DNA from: a virus
Reading direction: 5' to 3' (one strand)
Length of the DNA: 64,000 nt
IMG/VR virus record: IMGVR_UViG_3300048577_000342
The first letter of the stretch is position 1, and every line of letters starts with the position of its first letter. Positions 1 through 8,127 of the stretch are shown piece after piece. The notes beneath the pieces are model-generated. The model had not been told where the DNA came from. It did no database searches and saw only the letters and a list, made by a program, of their open reading frames with translations. Both the position numbers and the translations under genes were made by a program.

Positions 1-56
1 GAATCTACAGCGCGTGCTGTATTTCACAGCGGAACGGTCGGAGCCGGGCGGAAAAC

Positions 57-161
57 GTGACAGGACCGAGCGAAGCTCAGCGGGCGCAAGCCGGCGAGAT
101 CACGGGGAAAGAGGTCAGTCCCAACCCGTGGCGGTTTTCGGTTGCGCCGATGATGGATTGG
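57..161 (+). pseudogene. dusA: 5' fragment of tRNA-dihydrouridine synthase A; att site of a dusA-targeting element
   Basis: GTG at 57 reads ...PWRFSVAPMMDW (DusA N-terminal motif), then diverges (NGHRKK...) and stops at about 227. Confidence 0.8.
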
Positions 162-355
162 AACGGTCATCGCAAAAAAGCTAAGCTTATCAAGCCGCAG
201 ACTGGCGGGAGCCTGTCCGTGCTGTAAAATGTCGTAGCGGTCGGATCGCCTGCAGGGTCATGGTGTCACTTGTGCGACTTAAATTGGTGCCTTTCAATCG
301 GATTCGATGCTAGTCAATCTAAACAGCCAGATACCTATCTGCGCCTTAACTTTGG

Positions 356-1549
356 ATGGTCGGTGTGGCTAAAAGCCAGTTCGATAGCAATTGGGACGAT
401 CGGGACGATTTCGAGGACGAAGCGACCTCTGAAACGGAAGATGATGTTTCAGTCAGTCCAGATGAGTTCAGCAGATTGTCGATCGCACCGAGTGACTGGA
501 CGGTTGGAACGATATATAATTTGATTGGTAAGCAGATTTCATTGGATCCCGCTTACCAGCGGCGAAGTGTGTGGGCTGAACACGCGAAATCCCAATTCAT
601 TGAGTCGTTGATGTTGGGAATTCCTATTCCGCAAATTCTGCTTGCCGCCCCGACTGGACACAAAAATTCATTCTTAGTTCTGGATGGAAAGCAACGTCTA
701 ACGACCATCCGTGAATTTTTGGATGGAAGTTACAGTGATGGTAAGCCGTTTCGTCTCAAAGGTTTGCACACTCTTCACGAGTTAAACAATCACTCATGGG
801 CCGACCTGTCTGATACGGAGTGGGCTGGACGCCTTGAGAATGAACCCATCCGGACTACAGTGCTCCGAGGGTGGACGAATGAGAACATCCTTTATGAGAT
901 ATTCTATCGGCTAAACTCCGGAAGCGTCCGGCTTTCGCCGATGGAGTTGAGGATGTCGCTTCATCCCGGCGAGTTTTTGCGCTTCATCATGAAATGGACC
1001 GAGCAAATTGGCCCCATTCACCGCCTCCTAAGGAAGCGAATTCCTGATCCTCGGATGGGTGATGTCGAACTCGCGGTGCGGTTCTTGGCTTTTGCCGATC
1101 GGAGGCAGCGCTATCGGGGAGATCTCAAGCGGTATCTTGATGAATATTGTAAACAGGCAAATGCTGACTTCGCTAACAGCGAGGGCGAGCAAGTCGTTAG
1201 TCGCAACTTGATTGAAATGAATGCTGCCATTAATGCTGGTTTCGAAATTTTCGGGGATCATTTTTGTCGCAAATACAATGCCGGCGGGTATTATGAACAT
1301 CGCTTCAACAGAGCCGTCTTTGACGTTCTCGTAGGCTCCTTGTCTCATCCCCAGGTGCGCAAATGGGCTGAGGCCAACCAGCCAAGGTTCAAAGCGCTCT
1401 TTGAGACTGTATGCTCGGTAGATCCTTGGTTTGCACGTTCAATCGAAACAACGACAAAGTCGTTGGATGCGACCGGCTCGCGGTTTGAAATATGGTATCG
1501 TGCGGTTGAGCATGCGTCATCGCTCCGACTCGAAATGCCAAATATATAA
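356..1549 (+). CDS. DUF262 (GmrS/ParB-like NTPase) domain protein
   Basis: LDPAYQRRSVW, FIESLMLGIPIP, DGKQRLTTI and EIFYRLN motifs; low GC. Confidence 0.85.
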   Translation: MVGVAKSQFDSNWDDRDDFEDEATSETEDDVSVSPDEFSRLSIAPSDWTVGTIYNLIGKQISLDPAYQRRSVWAEHAKSQFIESLMLGIPIPQILLAAPTGHKNSFLVLDGKQRLTTIREFLDGSYSDGKPFRLKGLHTLHELNNHSWADLSDTEWAGRLENEPIRTTVLRGWTNENILYEIFYRLNSGSVRLSPMELRMSLHPGEFLRFIMKWTEQIGPIHRLLRKRIPDPRMGDVELAVRFLAFADRRQRYRGDLKRYLDEYCKQANADFANSEGEQVVSRNLIEMNAAINAGFEIFGDHFCRKYNAGGYYEHRFNRAVFDVLVGSLSHPQVRKWAEANQPRFKALFETVCSVDPWFARSIETTTKSLDATGSRFEIWYRAVEHASSLRLEMPNI

Positions 1550-2172
1550 TGCGATCACCGACGCCATATTACCGAAATCTTCGTCGGGCATTGGGCCAAG
1601 CGAAGATTATTGTTCGTGGCGTGGATCCAACTGGATGCAAAAACAATCTTCAGCACCTCAAGTTGCAGGCCTATATTCTGCTCTGTCATGGGGCATTTGA
1701 AGAGTATTTGGAATCGTTAGGCCTGGCTGTAGCAACCGAGGCGCGCCGCAGATTAAAGGTCTCGGGGATTCTAACTAAATCAATTGTTTCTTTGGTTGCT
1801 TCAAAGCTTTTGGACGACGCCGCTCTAGCATCAGCAAAGAAAGTGATGTCAAACTCCGTCTCCGATTTGGAGGCATTTTCCGCGGAGGCGTACAACCGCT
1901 ACCGCGCGCGCGTGACCGGAAACAATGGCATCGTACTTGCCGACCAACAGGCAATCTTGCTGCCAATTGGTGTTGATCCAGCCGCGGTCGATGTAGCTCT
2001 AATGAATTCGCTGCATTCCTTCGGGCAAAAGCGTGGTGCGGTGGCCCACTCGTTCAAAGTGCAAAGACAAGAGACATTGGCTGACGTCTCAACGTTAGTG
2101 GCCCAGCTTAGCGCGTCATTGAGCAGTTACGACGAGGAAGCTTGCAGGGCTCTCAAGATGCGAATGCGGTAG
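1549..2172 (+). CDS. HEPN-domain protein, putative RNase effector
   Basis: RGAVAH (Rx4H) motif and N-terminal LLCHGAFEEYL helix; TAATG coupling to the DUF262 gene. Confidence 0.75.
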   Translation: MRSPTPYYRNLRRALGQAKIIVRGVDPTGCKNNLQHLKLQAYILLCHGAFEEYLESLGLAVATEARRRLKVSGILTKSIVSLVASKLLDDAALASAKKVMSNSVSDLEAFSAEAYNRYRARVTGNNGIVLADQQAILLPIGVDPAAVDVALMNSLHSFGQKRGAVAHSFKVQRQETLADVSTLVAQLSASLSSYDEEACRALKMRMR

Positions 2173-2246
2173 AGAAAATCCCGCAGAGTTGTGCTGCAAC
2201 TGACCGCGGGCGAGAGCACACCTGCTGTAGAGCTTTTGATGGGAGC

Positions 2247-2507
2247 TTAGGTCTTGAACGCAACCAGCTCCCGACAGGCGACTGCTCGCCTAGTGTCCAG
2301 ATAGCCTGCCAGATCCTCCAGATGCACGCCTCTGGCTGCCTTCTGGCTTCGTTCCGCGCGCAGGATGGGTAACGCGATCTGTCCCGCCGCGACCTTCCGC
2401 ATGAATTTCTCGACCGTGAGGTGCGAGAAGTAGTCTCGGCAGACGGTCTCGACCGGGATGACCGCCCGGCCATCGTACTGCGCCATGAGGAGGAACAGCG
2501 TCTTCAT
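2247..2507 (-). CDS. Pyocin activator PrtN family protein (probable excisionase/RDF)
   Basis: MKTLFLLMAQYDGRAVIPVETVCRDYF...GVHLEDLAGYLD; start moved to ATG 2507 after an RBS. Confidence 0.75.
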   Translation of the reverse strand: MKTLFLLMAQYDGRAVIPVETVCRDYFSHLTVEKFMRKVAAGQIALPILRAERSQKAARGVHLEDLAGYLDTRRAVACRELVAFKT

Positions 2508-2565
2508 GCTTCCCTCCTCCTGCTGGCTACTCGTCTGAGGCACTGGGGGTGACGTTCGCCGCCCA

Positions 2566-4650
2566 TCACGCTGCTTCCCGCTCGTCGTCCTCGGCCTCGG
2601 GGTGGTGCCCGCGCAGGCCCGGAGGCAGCCAGCCGGTGGCCCTGGCGCGCTCGGCGACGAGGGTAACGAGGCTCGCCTTCTTCGCCTTGCTGGCGCTGGT
2701 GGCGGCCTCCTCGCCGTCCATCTCCTTCACCGCCGCGACGAGGGCCGCCTTGGGCCAGTCGGCAAAGATGTTGTCGGCCTCGTCGGCGAGGATCAGCCGG
2801 GCATTGGTCTCGAAGGCGGCGGCGGGCAGGAAATGGCGGGTGAAGGCCGCGGCGACGTCCGAGACATGCTTCATCTGCGCGTCGGTGTGACGGCCCTCGA
2901 TCGTCTCGTGCGAGAGATCGAGGCTAGCGGCGGCCAGGGCGGCGATGAGCTCGAAGCGCTTGCCGCGGGGTATGTTGGCGATGGCGCCGGCGAGCGCCGG
3001 AAGGGTGGCTGTGGAGAAGGGCTGCTTCAGCTCCTCCACCAGGCGGGTGGCGGGGCCGTCGCCGAGGCCGCGATCACCGATCGTCAGCGGCGCCTTGTTG
3101 ATGGCGGCGCTGCTGTCGCGGGTGTGGCGGTGCGAACGGGCGATCCAGCTGGCTGCGAGCAGGGTGAAGGCGAGGTCGAGGTCGGAGGCGATCGTTGCTG
3201 CCGCGGCCTTGTTGGCGACGCGGGACAGTGATTGCAGGGCGTGGCGTGGCAGGTCGGCGGTCTCCGGCGGTGGGGGCGGTGGCACGCAGGCATCGGCATC
3301 GCCTGCCGGGTCTCCGTCCTCGGCGCCCCTTGAGGCGTCCTCGCCGGCAAGGCCCGGCGGCACGCGACCGGGATGGGCGACGAGGCCGCCATTGAAGGAG
3401 AGGATGACGGCGAGATCCTCGCGCTCCTCGCGCGGCCAGGCGGCAAGTTCGGCCTCGCGCCTCAGAGCCTCCAGCTGATGCTGCAGCCGCCAGCGCTGTT
3501 CGGCGAGGGTCTCCAGCTCCTGCTTCCAGCCGGGCTCATGCTCGCCGTCCTGAGCCGAGAGCGGGCCGTCATCCGTCTCGCCCAAGATTTCGTCGCCGAT
3601 GTCCTCGTCCTCGTCGACGGGCGCTTCCTCGCGGGCGCGCCGCGAGGCGTCGATGGCGGCGATCTCGTTCCTGAGCCGGTCGCGCTGGGTGGCGGCCTCG
3701 ACGGCCCAGACCGCGTCGCGCGGCTGGTGCGGCCAGGTCCAGTAGCCTTCGGCCTCCGGTGTTCCCGACCAGAAGACATAGCCCCAGCCTTCGGCACGGT
3801 AGTCGGCGGCGATCTGCTGCCGCTTCTCCTCCGTCAGGCGCTGCAGCAGCGCGATATCGTCGATGTAGCGCTCGTCGGTGAAGAGGTCGCCGGTCAGGGT
3901 GCCGCCGGCTTCGCGATAGGCCTCAAGGCCGACAAAGGCGACGGCGGTGCTGCCCGCACGCACACGGTCGCTGGTGAGGGCACTGCGGACGGAGGAAGGG
4001 TAGATCCCGCCATAGCCGCGCGAGAGGTCGGCCAGCACAGTTTCCTGCCGGGCATGGTCAGCGGCCAGAGCAAAGGCTTCCGCCGCCTCGCGGGTGATCT
4101 TGCCCTGGCGCCAGGCTTGCCGCACGGCCGGCGCCAGATTGCCGAGGGCCAGCACCTGCCGCACGCGGCGGTGAGTGAGGCCGAAGCGGTGGGCGATGAA
4201 GTCGATCGTCTCCCCCTCCGGCCGGCTGGCGCGGGCTTCGGCGATGCGCACGAAGGCCTCGAACTGCTCGACAGGGTGGTGCGGGGTGGCGAGCACGGCG
4301 GCCGTGGTGGAGGCCTCGAGGCCTGCTGCCTTGTCCTCGAAGACGACCGGCACCTCCAGGCTCTCGGTGATGATGCCCTGGCCACAGAGGCGGGTCAGGG
4401 CGGCGAGGCGCCGGCCGCCGTTGCAGACGTAGTAGAGGCGCGGGGCGCCGCGGGGCTTCGGCCCCTCAACCACCACCAGAGGCTCGATGAGCGGGCGATC
4501 GCCCGCTGCAATGCGGTCCTTGATGTTGGCTGCAAGCGCCGCGACATCGGCCGCCGCCGGATCGCTGGCGCGGATGTTGACGGCGGGGGATGCCTCATGG
4601 CCGGGGCGCAACTGGGCAAGGGGCAGGGCGGTGACGGCGGGTGCGGCCAT
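2566..4650 (-). CDS. Large ParB/RepB/Spo0J-family protein
   Basis: N-terminal ParB domain (YYVCNGGRRLAAL), HTH, acidic tract, C-terminal GWLP; homolog at 43418-45595. Confidence 0.8.
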   Translation of the reverse strand: MAAPAVTALPLAQLRPGHEASPAVNIRASDPAAADVAALAANIKDRIAAGDRPLIEPLVVVEGPKPRGAPRLYYVCNGGRRLAALTRLCGQGIITESLEVPVVFEDKAAGLEASTTAAVLATPHHPVEQFEAFVRIAEARASRPEGETIDFIAHRFGLTHRRVRQVLALGNLAPAVRQAWRQGKITREAAEAFALAADHARQETVLADLSRGYGGIYPSSVRSALTSDRVRAGSTAVAFVGLEAYREAGGTLTGDLFTDERYIDDIALLQRLTEEKRQQIAADYRAEGWGYVFWSGTPEAEGYWTWPHQPRDAVWAVEAATQRDRLRNEIAAIDASRRAREEAPVDEDEDIGDEILGETDDGPLSAQDGEHEPGWKQELETLAEQRWRLQHQLEALRREAELAAWPREEREDLAVILSFNGGLVAHPGRVPPGLAGEDASRGAEDGDPAGDADACVPPPPPPETADLPRHALQSLSRVANKAAAATIASDLDLAFTLLAASWIARSHRHTRDSSAAINKAPLTIGDRGLGDGPATRLVEELKQPFSTATLPALAGAIANIPRGKRFELIAALAAASLDLSHETIEGRHTDAQMKHVSDVAAAFTRHFLPAAAFETNARLILADEADNIFADWPKAALVAAVKEMDGEEAATSASKAKKASLVTLVAERARATGWLPPGLRGHHPEAEDDEREAA

Positions 4651-4675
4651 GAGGCTGGCTCCGGGTTGAGGTGGG

Positions 4676-5017
4676 TCAGGTCGCGCGGGCGAGGCGCAGA
4701 AGCTCCTCGGCGAGGTTCTCCCTCACCGCCTCGGTGAGGCGGCCGAGGATGCTGGCGGCATCGCCGGCGGCGTTGCGGGTCATGGTGCGGACGATGTCGT
4801 CGAGGCTCGCGCCATGCTGCAGGGCGAAGGAGAGGAGAATGGCGCCATCGCGGAGGATCGCCTCGAGGTCGGTGCCGACCTTCGGCGCGGTGACGAAGAC
4901 CTCGCCGATGCGGCCATCGGGATAGAAGCCGGCGGTGACGGCATAGGTGTCGTTGCCGATGAAGAGGCTGATGGTGGAGGCCGGTCGGCGCTGGGGCATG
5001 GCTTCGCGCGCGGTCAT
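4676..5017 (-). CDS. Stand-alone TSCPD-like domain (resembles the class II RNR C-terminal domain)
   Basis: GFYPDGRIGEVF...AILLSFALQHGASL...AASILG; near-identical homolog at 45629-45970. Confidence 0.65.
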   Translation of the reverse strand: MTAREAMPQRRPASTISLFIGNDTYAVTAGFYPDGRIGEVFVTAPKVGTDLEAILRDGAILLSFALQHGASLDDIVRTMTRNAAGDAASILGRLTEAVRENLAEELLRLARAT

Positions 5018-5313
5018 GGCACCCGGCTCCGGTTCAGCTGCTCCATGGTGAGGCGGGTGGCGCGCAGCAGGGGCGGCCAGGCCGCTTCCATGAGCACCAC
5101 GACATCGGCGACCGGCGCCGCTGCGCCGGTGTTGGCCTGGGACCGCGCCACGGCGGTCTGGACGGCCACGAGCACGAGGGCGAGGTCGTTCAGCAGGTCC
5201 GTGGCCGTGGCGCCGGGATGGGCCGCGGCATAGGCGTTGATCCAGGGTTGAACCTCGGCGAGCAGGGCGGACTCCAGTTCACCCTGCAGGCATGCGACCG
5301 GGGCGGCCGTCAT
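5014..5313 (-). CDS. Phage hypothetical protein
   Basis: Coupled overlaps; near-identical homolog at 45967-46266. Confidence 0.7.
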   Translation of the reverse strand: MTAAPVACLQGELESALLAEVQPWINAYAAAHPGATATDLLNDLALVLVAVQTAVARSQANTGAAAPVADVVVLMEAAWPPLLRATRLTMEQLNRSRVP

Positions 5314-5675
5314 GCCGCCCTCTCGATGCCAAAGGCGATGTCCATGTCGGCGAGGTCAGGCTCACGGATCCCGCGGGCGAGGGGAACGACATCCGCCTCC
5401 GCCGCCCGCACCGGACCGACGGCCTCGGACAACTCGGCGTCCAGCCGAGCCCAGTCGCGAGCAAGGTCCGCCTGGTGAGCCTTCACCTGTTCAAGGCGCC
5501 AGCCGAGGCGGGTGAGGTCGGTCTCTGTGCAGTCACCCTTCTCGGCGGCGATACGACGGCCGTCCTCATTCAATCGGGCAGCGATAGCCTCAGGATCGGC
5601 CATAAAGGCCCGAGGGTTCGGCCACCCCTCGGGCAGCCTGAGGTCGGAGGGTGAGAGATAGGCTTGCACGCACAT
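5310..5675 (-). CDS. Phage hypothetical protein, first gene of the left operon
   Basis: GGAGG RBS; homolog at 46263-46673. Confidence 0.7.
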   Translation of the reverse strand: MCVQAYLSPSDLRLPEGWPNPRAFMADPEAIAARLNEDGRRIAAEKGDCTETDLTRLGWRLEQVKAHQADLARDWARLDAELSEAVGPVRAAEADVVPLARGIREPDLADMDIAFGIERAA

Positions 5676-5716
5676 GGCGGCCTCCTCGGATCAACAATGG
5701 CCGGGAGCCTAGTTTG

Positions 5717-5747
5717 ATGCGCTGTGTATTGTCAATACGTCATGTAT
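5717..5747. promoter_or_regulatory. OL operators of prophage A (two 13-bp sites)
   Basis: ATGCGCTGTGTAT at 5717 and ATACGTCATGTAT at 5735; consensus AT(A/G)C-N5-GTAT, overlapping a minus-strand TTGACA. Confidence 0.7.
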
Positions 5748-5821
5748 CAAAACAGAGATGGCGGCATTGATGCGTGGCGAATCAGAAAGAAAGTAGAGAT
5801 CCGGCCGCGGGGCGCAGGGGG

Positions 5822-6439
5822 TTACATGCGGATCAGCGACAGCTTCACTCGGCCAATGATGGTGGGCTCGGCGCCGGGCCGCAGCTTCAGGTGCGCGTGA
5901 TCATCGTTCGTGGACACCGGTCCCCAGCCCGTATCCGGTCGCCACCGCTTGTAGGTGGCGGCTCCCGTCTCGTCGGCGATGACGTAGCATGCATTCGGGA
6001 CGAGCCGACGGTCCTTCCGGTTGACGAAAATGATGGAGCCGGGAGGCGAGATCTTGTTCATGGAATCGCCCTCGACCTCGAGGGCGATCCAGTCACCTCC
6101 GGCGTCGAGATCCGGACCAACCACGCGCGTGGCGTCAGCATATTGCTCCACGGCGTCGGCGAGGCCGAGCGGGCCCGCACTCACCCAGGAAACGAGGGGA
6201 ACGTCCAGCGAGACGCCGGCATTCGCCGGCTGCATTTCGCCGCGACCGGACAGCAGCCAGTCTACGGAAACGCCGAGGTGCCGGGCGTACTGGACGGCGC
6301 GCTCGCGACCGAAGGGGCGGGTGCCGTTCTCGTTCGACACATAGGTGGAGACAGGCACGCCGATCGCCCGGGCGGCGTCGGATCTCGCGGGGTATTTGAG
6401 TTTGCGCGCCTTCTGCAGGCGCTCGTGCATCGTCGACAT
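5822..6439 (-). CDS. CI-like repressor (XRE HTH + S24 peptidase)
   Basis: RSDAARAIGVPVSTYVSNENG HTH; VEGDSM and ATYKR catalytic motifs; start moved to 6439. Confidence 0.9.
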   Translation of the reverse strand: MSTMHERLQKARKLKYPARSDAARAIGVPVSTYVSNENGTRPFGRERAVQYARHLGVSVDWLLSGRGEMQPANAGVSLDVPLVSWVSAGPLGLADAVEQYADATRVVGPDLDAGGDWIALEVEGDSMNKISPPGSIIFVNRKDRRLVPNACYVIADETGAATYKRWRPDTGWGPVSTNDDHAHLKLRPGAEPTIIGRVKLSLIRM

Positions 6440-6440
6440 A

Positions 6441-6503
6441 ATACGCAGTGTATGTCTGTGAATGATGCAAGGTGTATTGACGTTAAAATAATACATGATG
6501 TAT
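6441..6503. promoter_or_regulatory. OR operators of prophage A (three 13-bp sites) with divergent promoters
   Basis: ATACGCAGTGTAT at 6441, ATGCAAGGTGTAT at 6465, ATACATGATGTAT at 6491; TTGACG at 6477. Confidence 0.75.
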
Positions 6504-6513
6504 CAGTTCTCTC

Positions 6514-6771
6514 ATGACCCGGACCCAGCGCCTGCGGCAGGCCCGAAACTGGCCGCAACATCGGATGGCCGACTACCTCGGCGTCTCGCAGCCGACGGTC
6601 ACGCGGCTCGAGGCCGGGCAGCCTGAGTCTGGCCCGATCTCGCGGCTTCTGGACCTGCTGGAAGTTAAACCCGTTCCCGCCGCCCCCGAGACCGACATGC
6701 AGCCTGCGGCGGGCCCTTCGGCCGGCGCGACCGATGACGCGCCGGCTACTTTTTCGAGGGATGCGGCATGA
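6514..6771 (+). CDS. Cro-like HTH regulator
   Basis: QHRMADYLGVSQPTVTRLEAG; divergent from CI. Confidence 0.8.
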   Translation: MTRTQRLRQARNWPQHRMADYLGVSQPTVTRLEAGQPESGPISRLLDLLEVKPVPAAPETDMQPAAGPSAGATDDAPATFSRDAA

Positions 6772-7346
6772 GCAGGAAGCGCGACATCCAGAAACGCTCG
6801 AAGGCGGAGCAGCCGAAGCGCGGGCGGCTCGCATACCTGAACAGCTTCCGGCTCGGCGATGGCCCGCGGCAGGGCCTCGGAGTGGTCGCGAGCAATGCGG
6901 CGGCCATGGCCCTCCAGGGCGTGGCGAGTTTTGCGGGCACGCTGGCGGCGCTGGAGGCGGGGCGGCGGCGTGATGCGATCATGGTGAAGGCTCCCGTGGG
7001 TGGCGACGCCATTGAGACTGTTCCGGCAGCGCCCGCCGGATCCGCGCCGGCGGCGACCGCAGATGCGGCGCCCGCATCCCGATTCACGGGCCATGTGAGG
7101 CCCGGCGCGGTGCGCGACTTCCTGCGGGCGCGCTTTCCCGGCCAGAAGCCGCATCTGACCGTTGCCGCTCTGACCGGCATCCCCGAGGGGACGATCCGCA
7201 ACGCCATGGCCTGGAACGGGCCTTCAGAGCTTTCCGGCGGGCACATGCTGCGCCTCGTCGCGGTGTTCGGGCCCGCCTTCCTCGCGGCGGTGCTGGACCC
7301 GGTGCCCGGCTGGGCGCGGCAAGGGGACGGGGAGGGTGGCGCATGA
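6768..7346 (+). CDS. Phage protein in the CII position with a C-terminal HTH
   Basis: VAALTGIPEGTIRNAM; homolog at 48651-49244. Confidence 0.6.
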   Translation: MSRKRDIQKRSKAEQPKRGRLAYLNSFRLGDGPRQGLGVVASNAAAMALQGVASFAGTLAALEAGRRRDAIMVKAPVGGDAIETVPAAPAGSAPAATADAAPASRFTGHVRPGAVRDFLRARFPGQKPHLTVAALTGIPEGTIRNAMAWNGPSELSGGHMLRLVAVFGPAFLAAVLDPVPGWARQGDGEGGA

Positions 7347-7468
7347 CCGGCCCCCAGTTCCGCGAGCCGCCCGAGCCGCCCGTGGGCGTGATCGGCCACC
7401 GGGTGGTTCTCGCCATCCTCATCGCCGGCGCGTTTGCCGCTCTGGTCTTCGCGTCACTCGCCGCCTGA
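7343..7468 (+). CDS. 41-aa single-pass membrane peptide (not in ORF track)
   Basis: MTGPQFREPPEPPVGVIGHRVVLAILIAGAFAALVFASLAA; ATGA coupling; same-length homolog at 49241-49366. Confidence 0.65.
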   Translation: MTGPQFREPPEPPVGVIGHRVVLAILIAGAFAALVFASLAA

Positions 7469-7497
7469 CCGGCGGCCCACACCTGCCGGAGCCTGCC

Positions 7498-8127
7498 ATG
7501 AGCCCCACAGGGCTGCCTCATCTTGCCTTCGACGTCGTGATGGCCGACCCGCCCTGGCCCTTCGCCGTGCGCGGGGCAAACGGCCACGGCAAGAGCCCGG
7601 AGGCGCACTATTGCACCATGCCGCTCCAGGCGATCGCGGCCCTTCGGCTCGGCGACCTGCTACGGCCTGGCGGCATCATGCTGCTGTGGGGCACTGGGCC
7701 GCTGCTCGACGAGCAGATGGCGATCCTGAAGGGGTGGGGGCTCCGCTACGTCTCCTTCGCCATCTGGCCGAAGCGCACCCGCACCGGGAAGCTGCGCTGG
7801 GGGCCGGGCTACAGGGCCCGTACGCTGTGCGAGCCCATCCTGCTCGGCGTCGCGCCCGGCGACGAGAGGGGCGGGGCGCGCTGGAACGGGGCACGGTTTC
7901 CGAACTTCCTCGAGGAGGTGGCCGAGCTGGCGGTGGACGGACTGGCGCGCGAGCACAGCCGCAAGCCCGAGAGTTTCTATGCGCTGGTGGAGGCCTGCAC
8001 GCCGGGCGCCCGGCGCGCCGACATCTTCACCCGCGAGACGCGGCCCGGCTGGGTGGGGTGGGGCGAGGAGGCGGGCCGCTTCGACACGGTGTGGCCGTTC
8101 GGCCTGAAGGCCGGGGAGGCAGGGTAA
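7498..8127 (+). CDS. MT-A70 family N6-adenine methyltransferase
   Basis: FDVVMADPPW, LLWGT and EHSRKP motifs. Confidence 0.85.
   Translation: MSPTGLPHLAFDVVMADPPWPFAVRGANGHGKSPEAHYCTMPLQAIAALRLGDLLRPGGIMLLWGTGPLLDEQMAILKGWGLRYVSFAIWPKRTRTGKLRWGPGYRARTLCEPILLGVAPGDERGGARWNGARFPNFLEEVAELAVDGLAREHSRKPESFYALVEACTPGARRADIFTRETRPGWVGWGEEAGRFDTVWPFGLKAGEAG

Noticed and set aside
6-21. TACAGC-GCGT-GCTGTA palindrome as an E. coli-type LexA box or terminator
   Set aside because: Spacing does not fit CTGT-N8-ACAG, the host uses GTTC-N7-GTTC, and there is no U-tract; mentioned only as a possible arm site
270-524. 84-aa ORF overlapping the DUF262 start
   Set aside because: TTG start, overlaps a well-supported gene in another frame, no motif
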